DNA of 64,000 nt from Octopus sinensis (Eukaryota), in NCBI RefSeq assembly GCF_006345805.1, contig NW_021832576.1, forward strand, positions 8,483 through 72,482, written 5' to 3'. Each line of letters begins with the position of its first letter. Positions within the stretch are counted from its first letter, which is position 1. The notes under the pieces are model-generated. The model worked only from the letters and a program-made list of their open reading frames with translations. It did no database searches and was not told where the DNA came from. The position numbers and the translations under genes were made by a program. Below, in pieces: positions 25,701 to 36,313 of the stretch.

Positions 25701-26751
25701 TAACTGTGCCAAGATTCGTTGCTCTACTTCTATGGGAAGTGGGTCAGGGGCATTACTTATTGAACGCCCCTCGTAGTACCTGATTGTTTGATATATAAAA
25801 TGCTAGAAGATCTATTGGGCAATATGAGTACCATAGCGCAAAACACCGTTGTATTTGTAATTATTTGAAATGTGCAATGTTATATATGGCGTACGTTCTG
25901 TGTTCACATACATTTCCGCGATAGGTTATTTTTTATATAACCACAACCGACTATTTATTTGTGTAATACCATTTCACACCAGACATGTATGCCCATGTCA
26001 TCACAGTATGTATGTGTGTATATGCATGCATGTATGTATGTGTGTGTGTGTGTGTTTTACTTCCGTATGTATGGGTGCATGTGTGCATATATATTATAAC
26101 GCAAACATTTGGTAGCCGTTCATAAGCGCGGTAGTTTGGCCGAATGGCTTCAGAAAAATGCTTTGTGTCATTTTCGGGACCTTTTACGTTCCGTGTTCAA
26201 ATACCTTATGATACCAGGGGAATACTGGGTACTATGGTTGAAGGTAACATCAAACGTTACTATCCGTGTATCTAAACCAGAAACCATAACGTAACAGTTT
26301 AGTAAAACTTTGAAAAATAATTTATTGATAAGACACCTTTCAACTTAATTGTTCTAAGTAGTGCACAGTACAATACATGGATATATGTACTAATGTGTGT
26401 ATGTTTGTATGTGTATTGCTATATGTGCGAGTGTTCATGTATATGGCGGGAGGATATAATGTCTAACTAATAAATGAATATATCTGAAAGGATTGAGCGC
26501 TCTATGATACGCCAAGGGACATAATCAAGAGACATATCCAACGAATAGTTCAGTCAGAAAAGCATTTTTAAATGCTAATTCTTTCTAGACCTCTGCCGCA
26601 TTAGATCTGCATGGCGGGGTACGTCACAGTCTGGCAGACAGATAACTGAAGGGTAATTCATGTAACTGTAATGTAGTTATGCTTCGTAATGCATACAAAG
26701 AAACTAATTTTATTAACGACTGGGGAATAATCAAAATTTATTCTGCAAGCA

Positions 26752-26985
26752 AGGTTGTATGGTAGAAACGTTAGCACGGTAGGCGAAATCCTTAACGCTA
26801 TTTCGTCTGGCGTTACGTTTTGAGTTCAAATTCCGCCGAGGTCGTCTTTGACTTTCATCCCTTCGGGGTCGATAAATTAAGTACCAGTCACGCACTGGGG
26901 TCGATGTAATCGACTTAATACCTATGTCTGTCCTTGTTTGTCCCCTCTATGTTTAGCCCCTTGTGGATAGTAAAGGAATAGGTAT
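26752..26985 (+). mobile_element. tRNA-derived SINE family A
   Basis: GAGTTCAAATTCCGCCGAGGTCG, CACTGGGGTCGATGTAATCGACTT, TAGCCCCTTGTGG. Confidence 0.85.
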
Positions 26986-26989
26986 AGGT

Positions 26990-27305
26990 GAAGTGGCGGC
27001 CGTGTGATTGACAAGCTCTCTTTGTAGTCACTTGGTTTCGGGTTCAATCCCATTCAGTGGCACCTTGGGCAAATATCTTCAATTATACGGCTGGACCGCA
27101 TAATGCCTTTTGAGTGGATTTGGTAGACGGAATCTGGGTTGAGTGAAAGTCTATCACACACACACACATACACACAAACACACACACACACACACACATA
27201 CACACACACACATACATACAGTAGACTTCGACGGTCTTCTGCACATTTATAGATGTGCGTGTATTAGTATTTGTCTCTTCGCCAATTTGTTTCGTCCCTG
27301 TAACT
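26990..27305 (+). mobile_element. partial SINE family B
   Basis: GGGTTCAATCCC B-box, GGCACCTTGGGCAA, GAGTGGATTTGGTAGACGGAA. Confidence 0.7.
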
Positions 27306-27348
27306 AGCAATTAATTTTAGTTATAGAAATTATAGCTTACTTTTAAAT

Positions 27349-27784
27349 GTGCAGGAATGGTTGTGTGGTAAGTAGCTTGCTTGCCAACCACATGGTTCCG
27401 CGTTCAGTCTCACTGCGTGGCATCTTGGCCAAATGTCTTCTACTATAGCCTCAGACTGATCAAACCTTTGTGAGTGGATTTCGTAGACGGAAACTGAAAG
27501 ACGTCCGTCATATATATATGTGTGTGTGTGTATGTGTGTGTGTGTGTGTGTGTGTCTGTGTATGTTTGTGTGTCTGTGTTTGTCCCCCTAGCATTGCTTG
27601 ACAATCTATGCTGGTGTGTTTATGTCCCCCGTCACTTAGCGGTTCGGCAAAAGAGACCGATAGAATAAGTACTGGGCTTACAAAGAACAAGTCCTGGAGT
27701 CGATTAGCTCGACGAAAGGTGGTGCTCCAGCATGGCCGCAGTCAAAGAACTGAAACAAGTAAAAGAGTAACAGAGTAAAGAGTA
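27349..27784 (+). mobile_element. full-length tRNA-derived SINE family B (CORE-like central motif, internal (TG)n, (AAAGAGT)n tail)
   Basis: TGGTTGTGTGGTAAG A-box-like, GCGTTCAGTCTC B-box-like, CATCTTGGCCAAATG, and 3' AAAAGAGT repeats. Homologous to 52573-52972 and 58305-58755. Confidence 0.85.
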
Positions 27785-28189
27785 GCATCCATATAATTAT
27801 ATATATTGTTGTGTAGTCATTTAAATGGAGCATAATAAATTCCTATATATCACTAGTTACAGAATATATGAAAAGATGAATGGATAAATGGATAAAAAAA
27901 CGCTGGTGTCTGGTTTGCAGTGACTAAACAAGATTAAGTACGTCAGAATAATGTCGCTGGTAGATGGAGCAAAATAATAATTTCAAATTATAGCACAAAC
28001 TCAGAAAGGAAATAAACCGATTCCGTCGACCTCAGTAATTTACAAGCACAATAATTTATTGGCACAGTAAAGGAGAAGAGGAAAAGCTGACCACGGGAGG
28101 ATTTGAAATCGTACGGTAAGGAATCGGAAGAAATATCACTAAGACAGCTCAGTGATACAGAGTGATCAGCTAGAGTTTGAGTTCAAATT

Positions 28190-28525
28190 TGTAGCAGCTT
28201 CCTGGCAAAGTCGTTGGTACGTCGATCAAAATGCTTAGCGGCTTTTCTCCACCTTTACCACCTGATTTCAAATTCCGCCGAGGTTGACGTTCGATTTCAC
28301 CTGTTTAAGGCAGCAAGCTGGCAGAATCGTTAGCATAACCGGGAAAAAATGCTTAGCATTTCATCCGTCTGCAGGTTCTGAGTTCAAATTCCGCCGAGGT
28401 TGATTTCTGCCTTACATCATTTTCCGGTTGATAAAATGAATATCATATGAACACTGGGGTCGCTGTAAAGGTTTTAGTTCACCCTCGAAATCGCTGATCT
28501 TGTACCAAAATTTGAAACCAATATC
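28190..28525 (+). mobile_element. two adjacent SINE family A copies
   Basis: TTCAAATTCCGCCGAGGTTGA occurs twice, with an AAGGCAGCAAGCTGGCAGAATCGTTAG head. Confidence 0.75.
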
Positions 28526-28820
28526 ATTATTGTCACTACCGCCACCCGCACATACAACACGGCGAACACCATTTATTTCATCTGCGATGTATTGTCTAAC
28601 AAAATTCACGTATTGGAGGAATAAATGCAATATCAAGAATTTAATACGCGAAATTAACATACGCGCACGCATACACGCACACACGTGCACACATATGCTC
28701 ACACGCATGTATCTATGTATATATGTACAACAAACAACGTATGTGTACACATGTCAATATACATATATACATATATGAATGCTCACATACATCTATATAC
28801 ATGCATACCTATGTAGCATG

Positions 28821-28894
<74 letters not shown>

Positions 28895-28949
28895 ATTATA
28901 TATGAAAAAACAAGTCAAAAATAGAAAATGCTAAGATGATTTTATAGTG

Positions 28950-29002
28950 AATCTTTCAGTACCGGTTTCGGTCATTTTGAGACCTTTTCAACTGTAACGA
29001 TT
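28950..29002 (-). ncRNA. minimal type I hammerhead ribozyme in the PLE 3' pseudo-LTR (U3-A8 core variant)
   Basis: Reverse complement AATC-gtta-CAG-TTGAAAA-GGTC-tcaaaat-GACC-GAAA-CCGG-TA-CTG-aaa-GATT. Confidence 0.8.
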
Positions 29003-29538
29003 AAATAATTAAATTTTGAAAAATTTAGAAAAATTAGAAGAAAGGTTTTTTTAAAGGAATACTTCCATAGTAGTGTTCAGATATATGTGGCCTTCTGCCT
29101 TTCTCTGACGCCCTTGTTTGCACTTGTGTATTCGAGGTCGTTGTGAGTTCTTGAGGGGGTGGGAGTGGGAAAATCTGGGCTGGTCAGTGGCGACCGGCAG
29201 TCGCTGCGTAGGCGTTATACTTTAAGACATTAGTGGGGGTAGAAGGTGGAGAAGTAGAAGAAGAAGAAGATGACGGTGCCGATGATGATGACGATGAAGA
29301 AGAAGAAGGAGAAGGAGAAGATGACGATGATGATGGTGGTGATGACGATGACGACGATGATGATGATAACGATGATGATGAAGAAGGAGAAGAAGAGGGA
29401 GAAGAAGAAAAAAAAACAGAGAAGGGAGAATATGAATGGGTGAAGATATAGCTGTTTTGGGGCGATTAGTAATGGATTCTATGGAATGTAATATTTGTGT
29501 GTGTATATATATTTCTTTTATTCTTAAGTTGAGCTATA

Positions 29539-31859
29539 TTAATTGTTTGTCGTAGACCCGTTAAGAAGTGGCCTGTATTTTATAATAAAGAGATTTTCTT
29601 TACTTATTCGTTGTCTCGAGGTTGTATCGTCCCTAAATTGGTAGAGGGGGAAAATTCTGAAGTTTGGTGTTTTTTTGTTGGCGCAAGTATCTATGTGTTG
29701 GCTAAAAGCTATTTTTCTGTTTTGGGGAATTTTTATCTGGGATCTGTGCAGGGCCATTCGTTTACGCAAACCATTTTTGTTTGGCCTATGTACTGCTCTT
29801 GACACCCGGAGCAGGTTAGTGAGTATATTAGGTTCTCCGAAGCACATGTGAAGTTGCTTTTCACTGTAAACCGTTGTCCCTGTTTGAAGGAGAACTCAGA
29901 ACCCTCGATTAGATAGTCGCATATCCCGCAATTGGGTCTTCCACATTTTTTTACTGTCGGCTTCTGTGTTGAAGAGTGAATTCGGGCTTGTGTTAGAAGA
30001 CTTTTCATGGATCTAGGCTGTCTTTTGCTTTTTATGATCGTGTGTGTTTGGAGGATTGTGTTCATTCTGTGGTCTTTTTTAGGAGGGGTATGTTGTGGAG
30101 GATGGTGCCGAAGGCTTCGTTATTGAGAGGGTTGTGTGTGGAGATGTATGGTAAGGCTTTTGGTTGTAAGTTTTTCTTTGATTTGGGATGTCTCAGTTCC
30201 TTGATGTTAAGTTGAAGGGCACGTTGAATGCACTGTCAATAAGTGAAGGTGGATAGTTCCTGGTGATAAGGGTATCTTTTAGTTCTTGTAGTCGTGTGTC
30301 TCTGGTGTTTGCGTTAGAGACTATAGTGCATATCCTTTTTGCTAGATTGAAGGGGATATTCATCCTAGTGTGTCTGGGGTGGCATGAATTGAATGGAAGA
30401 TATTGCTTAGAGTCTGTAGGTTTATAGTATATGTCTGTTTCTATTATATTATTAGCTTTCTTAATGAGGATATCGAGGAAGGTAAGTTGTTGCTGGCTAT
30501 ATTCCATCGTGAATTGGATGTTTACGTCCAGCCCGTTTAAAATTTCCTGGAATTCTATGAGTTTTTCTATATTTTTATGCCAAAGAATGAAACAGTCATC
30601 TAGGTATCTCTTCCAGTTGTTTTCTATGTAGATGGAGAAAGGGCTGCCATATCTTTCTAGAACCTTACGATATAGACTGATCTCTAGGTATCCTATGACT
30701 AGGTTGGCAAAGGAGGGGGCCATTCGTGTACCCATCGCAGTCCCCGATTTTTGTCGGTAGAAGTTGTCATTGAAGGCGAAGAAGTTATTTTCCAGGATGA
30801 ATTTAACCCCTTCTATCACGAATTCTTTTTTGATGCGGTGTGGTAGTTCGTTGGCGTGATTCTCTAGCCAGAATTGGATTGCCTCTAGTCCTAGGTTGTG
30901 GGGGATATTGGAGTAGAGGTTGACTACATCGAAGGATACCAGTATGGTGTTTTGGTTTATAGTATTCGGTAGGTGATTGAGCATATCTAAGTCGTCCCTT
31001 ATATAGCTTTTGACATGTTTGAGGAGTGGTTTTAACAGGGTGTCTAAAAAGTTACTGAGGCGGTGGGTTTCGCATGCGGACCTGCTATTATGGGTCTCAA
31101 TTTGAGGTCGTTAGGATTAGGGACTTTAATTATTTTGTCTGTGGCTATCTTGCATGCGTTGCTTATTTTTTCACTTTTGTGGATCTTAGGTATACCGTAG
31201 AATTGGCTAGTTTTACTTGTGAAATTGGTCATATAATCATATTCTTTGTCGGTGAGCCCTGCTTTGTATGGGTTAAATATGGATTTTAGTTCCCTCATTA
31301 TTTTTTGTTGACTGTAGTTTTGTGCCTTTTCATAGTATGTTGTGTCTTCCAGCATAGAAAGAACCAAGGTTATGTAAAAAGTCGTATCCATTAAGACAAC
31401 AGCACTCCCTTTATCGGCCTCTTTGATTGTTATTGTTTTATCTTGTTTTAATTTGTTCAACTCAGCCCATTCTTTTTTGCTGAAGTTTGGTTTGTGTTTT
31501 TGTTTGTGCATATGTTGATATGGGTAATTAGATATGTGGTCACAGAAATCATCAAGTGTTTTGTTCTTACCTTTCGAGGGGGTGTAGTTACTCCTATTTC
31601 TGGCTAACGATTCGTCCTCGTTGTATTTATCGTATAGCTCCTCAGTAAGTCTTAATTTTCTGCAGAATTCTGCGATGTCTTCTTTCATTTCGTTGTAGTT
31701 GGGGTGTTGTGGGGTGGGTGTAAACTTGAGTCCTTTGGAAAGTATGTTTATTTGGTTTGCTGTTAGTTCCTTGTGAGTTAGATTGATAATTTTTATTACT
31801 TTTGGTTCCTCCTGCTTGTTTGGTGCTATCTTGTGTCCCTGTGTTTGCGTATTGGGTCT
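29539..31859 (-). CDS. PLE reverse transcriptase + Zn-finger linker + GIY-YIG endonuclease (broken by several 1-nt indels in this sequence)
   Basis: Motifs IINLT..LT..Q..ILSKGLKFTPTP, FYGIPKIHK, RPIIAG, SFDVVNLYSNIP, GTAMGTRMAPSFANL, RYLDD, DIYYKPTD, CGRPNCGIC, LIYSLTCSGC..YIGQT, LRKRMALH. Spans ORFs 31044-31688, 30193-30984, 29733-30065 and 29539-29847. Confidence 0.9.
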
Positions 31860-33061
31860 AAAAAATGAATGCGGTGGTTGGGACGGTAGCTGTTATATAG
31901 TTGTTCTTTGTTGATGTGGGGTCTCCTGTTGTGATTTATGGTGTGTGTTCTTGGAGGAGTATTGAGGAGAGCATCCCGATATCCCATATTCGGGTGTGGT
32001 GTTCTAGGAGGCCTTCGTTGGTAATCATTGTAAGTGGTGTGGGTTTGTTGTGCATGGTTGTTTAACCGGTTGATGGGACGGAGATTTCGTTGGTAACTCT
32101 TTTGGGTGGGGATAAGGTTGCAGTGTCTATGCTGTGGGTGTTGATTTATCCATTCTCTGCTTGAAGTGGGGGTATTCCTGATATTGTAACGCTGGTTGCT
32201 TACAGAGTTAGGGTTAGGTCCTGTATTCTTTTTTTGAAAGTAGTGAAGGTACCGATTTTTAGACAGGTGTGTATCGGTGTTTGGGTGCTGTTTTGGTTTT
32301 CTTATTTTCTGGAAAGGGTTGTTGGAGGCGTGCTCTGTTTGAAAGACGGCTTCATAGTCTGAGAACCAAATGGCGCTTTTCTCCCAGCGTTGGAGAGATT
32401 TTAGTTCTTCTTCTTCACAGTCCTCTTTCCATAGTTTGGAGAACTTCTCTTGATCTGGGCCTTGGGTCATTTTGCGAATTTCTTCGTTGATATCTTCATC
32501 GGTGGATTTTATTTTGTCCTCATTCGTTTGGGCCCTCAATTTCAGAAGTTCTATTTCCATTTTCATTTTTTCCAGTGCCATTCTCTCCCTGAGGTGTCTT
32601 TGTGTTTCAGGTTCCTCTGTAATAGCTTTGAACTGGAATTTGCGTGGGAGGATTAACGGGGTCCGGTTGAGCCATTTTTCGTATATATCCGCTTTGTTGT
32701 TGTTTTGGATCATCTTCCAAAAGGCGAACTTTCTATCACTGAGTGATTTGTTCCATTGTGGTATTATGTGGTGTTTCATTTGGTATGTTGTTGGGGTATT
32801 GATCCCATATATTGACGCGTTTGGAGGTCCTTGGTTAGCGTTGTTAGAGAAAAATGTTCTAATTGTTTCGCATAAGTTTCCAAGGTTTTCGACAATTTCG
32901 GAGGTTGTATTTTTCGTATCTGTTTCCTCATTGTTCTCTCGATTAGGTTGATGTGTCGCGTCGAATTTGTTCAAAAATGTTGACAAATTTGTGTTGATTT
33001 TCTTGAGTTCTTTCAGTATTTCTTCATTTATGGAGGTGACTGTGTCTGTTTTTGTCGGCAT
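31826..33061 (-). CDS. PLE ORF1, 411-aa protein with predicted central coiled coil and basic N/Q/R/P-rich C-terminus
   Basis: Uninterrupted ORF (first ATG gives MPTKTD) between the 5' pseudo-LTR and the RT frame. ETQRHLRERMALEKMKMEIELLKLRAQTNEDKIKSTDEDINEEIRKM looks heptad-like. It overlaps the RT frame at a slippery site. Confidence 0.8.
   Translation of the reverse strand: MPTKTDTVTSINEEILKELKKINTNLSTFLNKFDATHQPNRENNEETDTKNTTSEIVENLGNLCETIRTFFSNNANQGPPNASIYGINTPTTYQMKHHIIPQWNKSLSDRKFAFWKMIQNNNKADIYEKWLNRTPLILPRKFQFKAITEEPETQRHLRERMALEKMKMEIELLKLRAQTNEDKIKSTDEDINEEIRKMTQGPDQEKFSKLWKEDCEEEELKSLQRWEKSAIWFSDYEAVFQTEHASNNPFQKIRKPKQHPNTDTHLSKNRYLHYFQKKNTGPNPNSVSNQRYNIRNTPTSSREWINQHPQHRHCNLIPTQKSYQRNLRPINRLNNHAQQTHTTYNDYQRRPPRTPHPNMGYRDALLNTPPRTHTINHNRRPHINKEQLYNSYRPNHRIHFLDPIRKHRDTR
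31859..31865 (-). promoter_or_regulatory. candidate -1 programmed ribosomal frameshift heptamer T TTT TTA
   Basis: ORF1 reads CAT TTT TTA GAC. A -1 shift enters an open frame (RPNTQTQGHK...IINLT...KGLKFTPTP...MKEDIAEF) with no ATG upstream of the conserved N-terminal PLE motif. Confidence 0.65.
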
Positions 33062-33174
33062 TTTCTGTATCTCGTGTGGGTTAATGATATGTATAAGGGT
33101 GGAAAGGAACACACGAGTTGATATATATGAAAAAACAAGTCAAAAATAGAAAATGCTAAGATGATTTTATAGTG

Positions 33175-33227
33175 AATCTTTCAGTACCGGTTTCGGTCAT
33201 TTTGAGACCTTTTCAACTGTAACGATT
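33175..33227 (-). ncRNA. minimal type I hammerhead ribozyme in the PLE 5' pseudo-LTR
   Basis: Identical to 28950-29002. Confidence 0.8.
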
Positions 33228-33827
33228 AAATAATTAAATTTTGAAAAATTTAGAAAAATTAGAAGAAAGGTTTTTTTAAAGGAATACTTCCATAGTAGTG
33301 TTCAGATATATGTGGCATTCTGCCTTTCTCTGACTCCCTTGTTTGCACTTGTGTATTCGAGGTCGTTGTGAGTTCTTGAGGGGGTGGGAGAGGGAAAATC
33401 TGGGCTGGTCAGTGGCGACCGGCAGTCGCTGCGTAGGCGTTATACTTTAAGACATTAGTGGGGGTAGAAGGTGGAGAAGTAGAAGAAGAAGAAGATGACG
33501 GTGCCGATGTTGATGACGATGAAGAAGAAGAAGGAGAAGGAGAAGATGACGATGATGATGGTGGTGATGACGATGACGACGATGATGATGATAACGATGA
33601 TGATGAAGAAGGAGAAGAAGAGGGAGAAGAAGAAAAAAAAAACAGAGAGGGAGAATATGAATGGGTGAAGATATAGCTGTTTTAGGGCGATTAGTAATGG
33701 ATTCTATGGAAGTAATATTTGTGTGTGTATATATATTTCTTTTATTCTTAAGTTGAGCTATATTAATTGTTTGTCGTAGACCCGTTAAGAAGTGGCCTGT
33801 ATTTTATAATAAAGAGATTTTCTTTAC

Positions 33828-34366
33828 TTATTCGTGTCTCGAGGTTGTATCGTCCCTAAATTGGTAGAGGGGGAAAATTCTGAAGTTTGGTGTTTTTTTG
33901 TTGGCGCAAGTATCTATGTGTTGGCTAAAAGCTATTTTTCTGTTTTGGGGAATTTTTATCTGGGATCTGTGCAGGGCCATTCGTTTACGCAAACCATTTT
34001 TTGTTTGGCCTATGTACTGCTCTTGACACCCGGAGCAGGTTAGTGAGTATATTAGGTTCTCCGAAGCACATGTGAAGTTGCTTTTCACTGTAAACCGTTG
34101 TCCTGTTTGAAGGAGAACTCAGAACCCTCGATTAGATAGTCGCATATCCCGCAATTGGGTCTTCCACATTTTTTTACTGTCGGCTTCTGTGTTGAAGAGT
34201 GAATTCGGGCTTGTGTTAGAAGACTTTTCATGGATCTAGGCTGTCTTTTGCTTTTTATGATCGTGTGTGTTTGGAGGATTGTGTTCATTCTGTGGTCTTT
34301 TTTAGGAGGGGTATGTTGTGGAGGATGGTGCCGAAGGCTTCGTTATTGAGAGGGTTGTGTGTGGAG
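33828..34366 (-). pseudogene. 5'-truncated duplicate of the GIY-YIG domain within the 5' pseudo-LTR
   Basis: ORFs 34085-34288 and 33828-34088 repeat the linker/GIY-YIG sequence. Confidence 0.85.
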
Positions 34367-34390
34367 GTTGTATATATATATATATATATA

Positions 34391-34745
34391 TATGCATATA
34401 ATAAGGGATGATAACTAATTGGACATTCAATGTGCTAGAAGATCACCTACCATCTAACCTCAAAGAAAATAATGTTCTCTAGAGAGATTCAGCAAAAGCC
34501 ATCTGTCTTGCCCGCTTATATTCTGGTGTTTATTGAATTTCTCTAGAGAACATTCTTTTCTTTGTGGTCAGATCATAGGTGATCTTCGTCTAGCATATTG
34601 GATGTCCACTTAGTTATCATCTCTTATACGCATGTATTACAGTTTTTTCTGAATTTTCAGATTTTTCTATATGCTAGGCTACTGGTTTTAAATCGATGTT
34701 AATTAAATTAATATTCAATTTATCACTCTCATTATTTAAATTTTA
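34391..34745. mobile_element. short fold-back element with 3' tail in (TA)n
   Basis: ATAAGGGATGATAACTAATTGGACATTCAATGTGCTAG pairs with CTAGCATATTGGATGTCCACTTAGTTATCATCTCTTAT. The tail ATGCTAGGCTACTGGTTTTAA resembles 42196-42250. Confidence 0.75.
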
Positions 34746-34771
34746 TATATATATGCATACATATACATATG

Positions 34772-34814
<43 letters not shown>

Positions 34815-35215
34815 TAAGCAATAAGGGTTTAGCAACGAATTGCCTTACCACATACCGAATTTAGAAATAGCAGTCAAAGGGTTATAGCTATTTCTTCTAC
34901 TAAAAAGGGAGATCTCAGTTAAAAACAGCAATTGGAAGGCTGACACAAACAGGTAAGAGAGAATGAATTAACTGCAATCTATCAAACATTTTTAAAGTTA
35001 TCCACGGACGTACGTTTCGAAATCAAGTTTTCAGGAAAGCATAAGAATCAAATATTAAATATTAAATAATTCTATCTTACCGAAACTTCTTTTCTCTTCA
35101 GCGTAGAATACTATAATCATAAATGATTATATATTGAATTTTGAGATACTAGGAGGCACCAACTCAACTCAGTATCAGAGCGAGCTAGAATCCGCAAAGC
35201 GAGCTGAAACGTTCG
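34815..35215 (-). mobile_element. non-coding hammerhead-bearing element in (TA)n, related at its end to 16545-17795
   Basis: CCACATACCGAATTTAGAAATAGCAGTCAAA is shared with 16572. The terminus is AATAAGGG, and (TA)n lies on both flanks. Confidence 0.7.
35001..35107 (-). ncRNA. type I hammerhead ribozyme with long helix II
   Basis: Reverse complement TCTACG-CTGAAGA-GAAAagAAGTTT...AAACTTgaTTTC-GAAA-CGTACG-TC-CGTGGA: 6-bp helix I, palindromic helix III, GUC triplet. Confidence 0.8.
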
Positions 35216-35425
35216 TGTATATATATATACACACAAACATATTTGTGTAGATACATTTATACACAAACATATAAATACATACATGGATATATATATATAT
35301 ATATTTTTATTAAACTTTTAATATTTTTTATATATATTTAAAATAATATAAATTAATTAATTTTATGTATTGGCTTAAGTTTTTCATTGTTTGATTTGCC
35401 TAATAGTGGTTTTATCTCTAATTTA

Positions 35426-35467
<42 letters not shown>

Positions 35468-36313
35468 ACATAGATATATGCATATGCGCACACAATAAAA
35501 CGAAGAGGGGCGTGAATGCTATGCAAAATTAAGCAGCTTAAATACAATAAGAATCAGAAAATACAAAGCCATACAAATGCAAACCACTACTTCTGAAGTT
35601 AGCCACTCTATACAGCAACCCCTAGGCTGAAATATTGTAGTGAGATCTTCCTTCGTTCTTCTGTAATACTTCCTATTATTTTGCAATGAAAATATTCATA
35701 ATGCTTTAGTTGCAGTGATTCAGTTCTATCCTCAACTCTGCAAATTGCTTTCCTTGTACGGTTTACTTTGCCATAGCCACAAAACAGAAGAAATTACCTG
35801 CCACTCATTGCCAAAAGTATCAGCTGGATAATTCGTATAATGTTCTCCAAAGACAACATAATTATTTTTACATGCCATATCACCCTTACGTAATAACTCC
35901 ACATGACAGAAATGATATCTACGCGTTCCCCTTCACGTATGCATAGATGAATATGAATCATATAATAAACATAACAAGAAGCGAATATAATGCAAATTAC
36001 TACCAAACGTCCATAGGTTTAAAAAATGGGATTAATATTGTCAGTAGTAGAAGCTCTAACCTATAGTGGAAGAAATAAATCTTTAGCAGTGCAATCCTTG
36101 TTACAATAATGCCATGAAAGTTAGCGTCGCGAAAGATATCACATGCCGTTGATTTGCAACATCCTTCACTAAGGATGCTGTCATGTTCAGATAAACCTCT
36201 TTAAATGTTAAGACTAACATTACTAAATCATTCCCTGTTTTGATAAGCAGAATGCACGCTTATTTCTTAATATCGCTAGAGAGAAAAAAAAAAGAAAACT
36301 TCAGCACCGAGAT

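Larger units (their letters stand above)
23887..25773 (+). mobile_element. mariner (Tc1/mariner, DD34D-type) DNA transposon, disrupted
   Basis: TIRs CGAGGGACGTTCAATAAGTAATGCCTCTGA / TCAGGGGCATTACTTATTGAACGCCCCTCG with TA target duplication. Transposase motifs WIPRLL, TQDETWV, QDNAPVH and PYFPDLAPSNF are present. Confidence 0.95.
28903..34366 (-). mobile_element. Penelope-like retroelement (Neptune-type), near full length, partial-tandem structure with 1.24-kb direct repeats (pseudo-LTRs), inserted in (TA)n
   Basis: 28903-30143 and 33128-34366 are near-identical direct repeats. PLE RT and GIY-YIG domains are present, with a CxxxxCxxC Zn-finger linker and a hammerhead in each repeat. (TA)n lies on both flanks. 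Confidence 0.95.

Noticed and set aside
29233-29451. Acidic D/E-rich 72-aa ORF (duplicated at 33458-33676)
   Set aside because: It is an antisense reading of (GAT)/(GAA) low-complexity sequence in the PLE 3' UTR, with a GTG start and no domain.
32269-33149. Plus-strand ORFs overlapping PLE ORF1
   Set aside because: They are antisense shadows of the minus-strand coding sequence.
28903-34366. LTR retrotransposon interpretation of the 1.24-kb direct repeats and frameshift
   Set aside because: The repeats contain GIY-YIG coding sequence. There is no PBS/PPT, protease, RNase H or integrase, and the RT is PLE-type.
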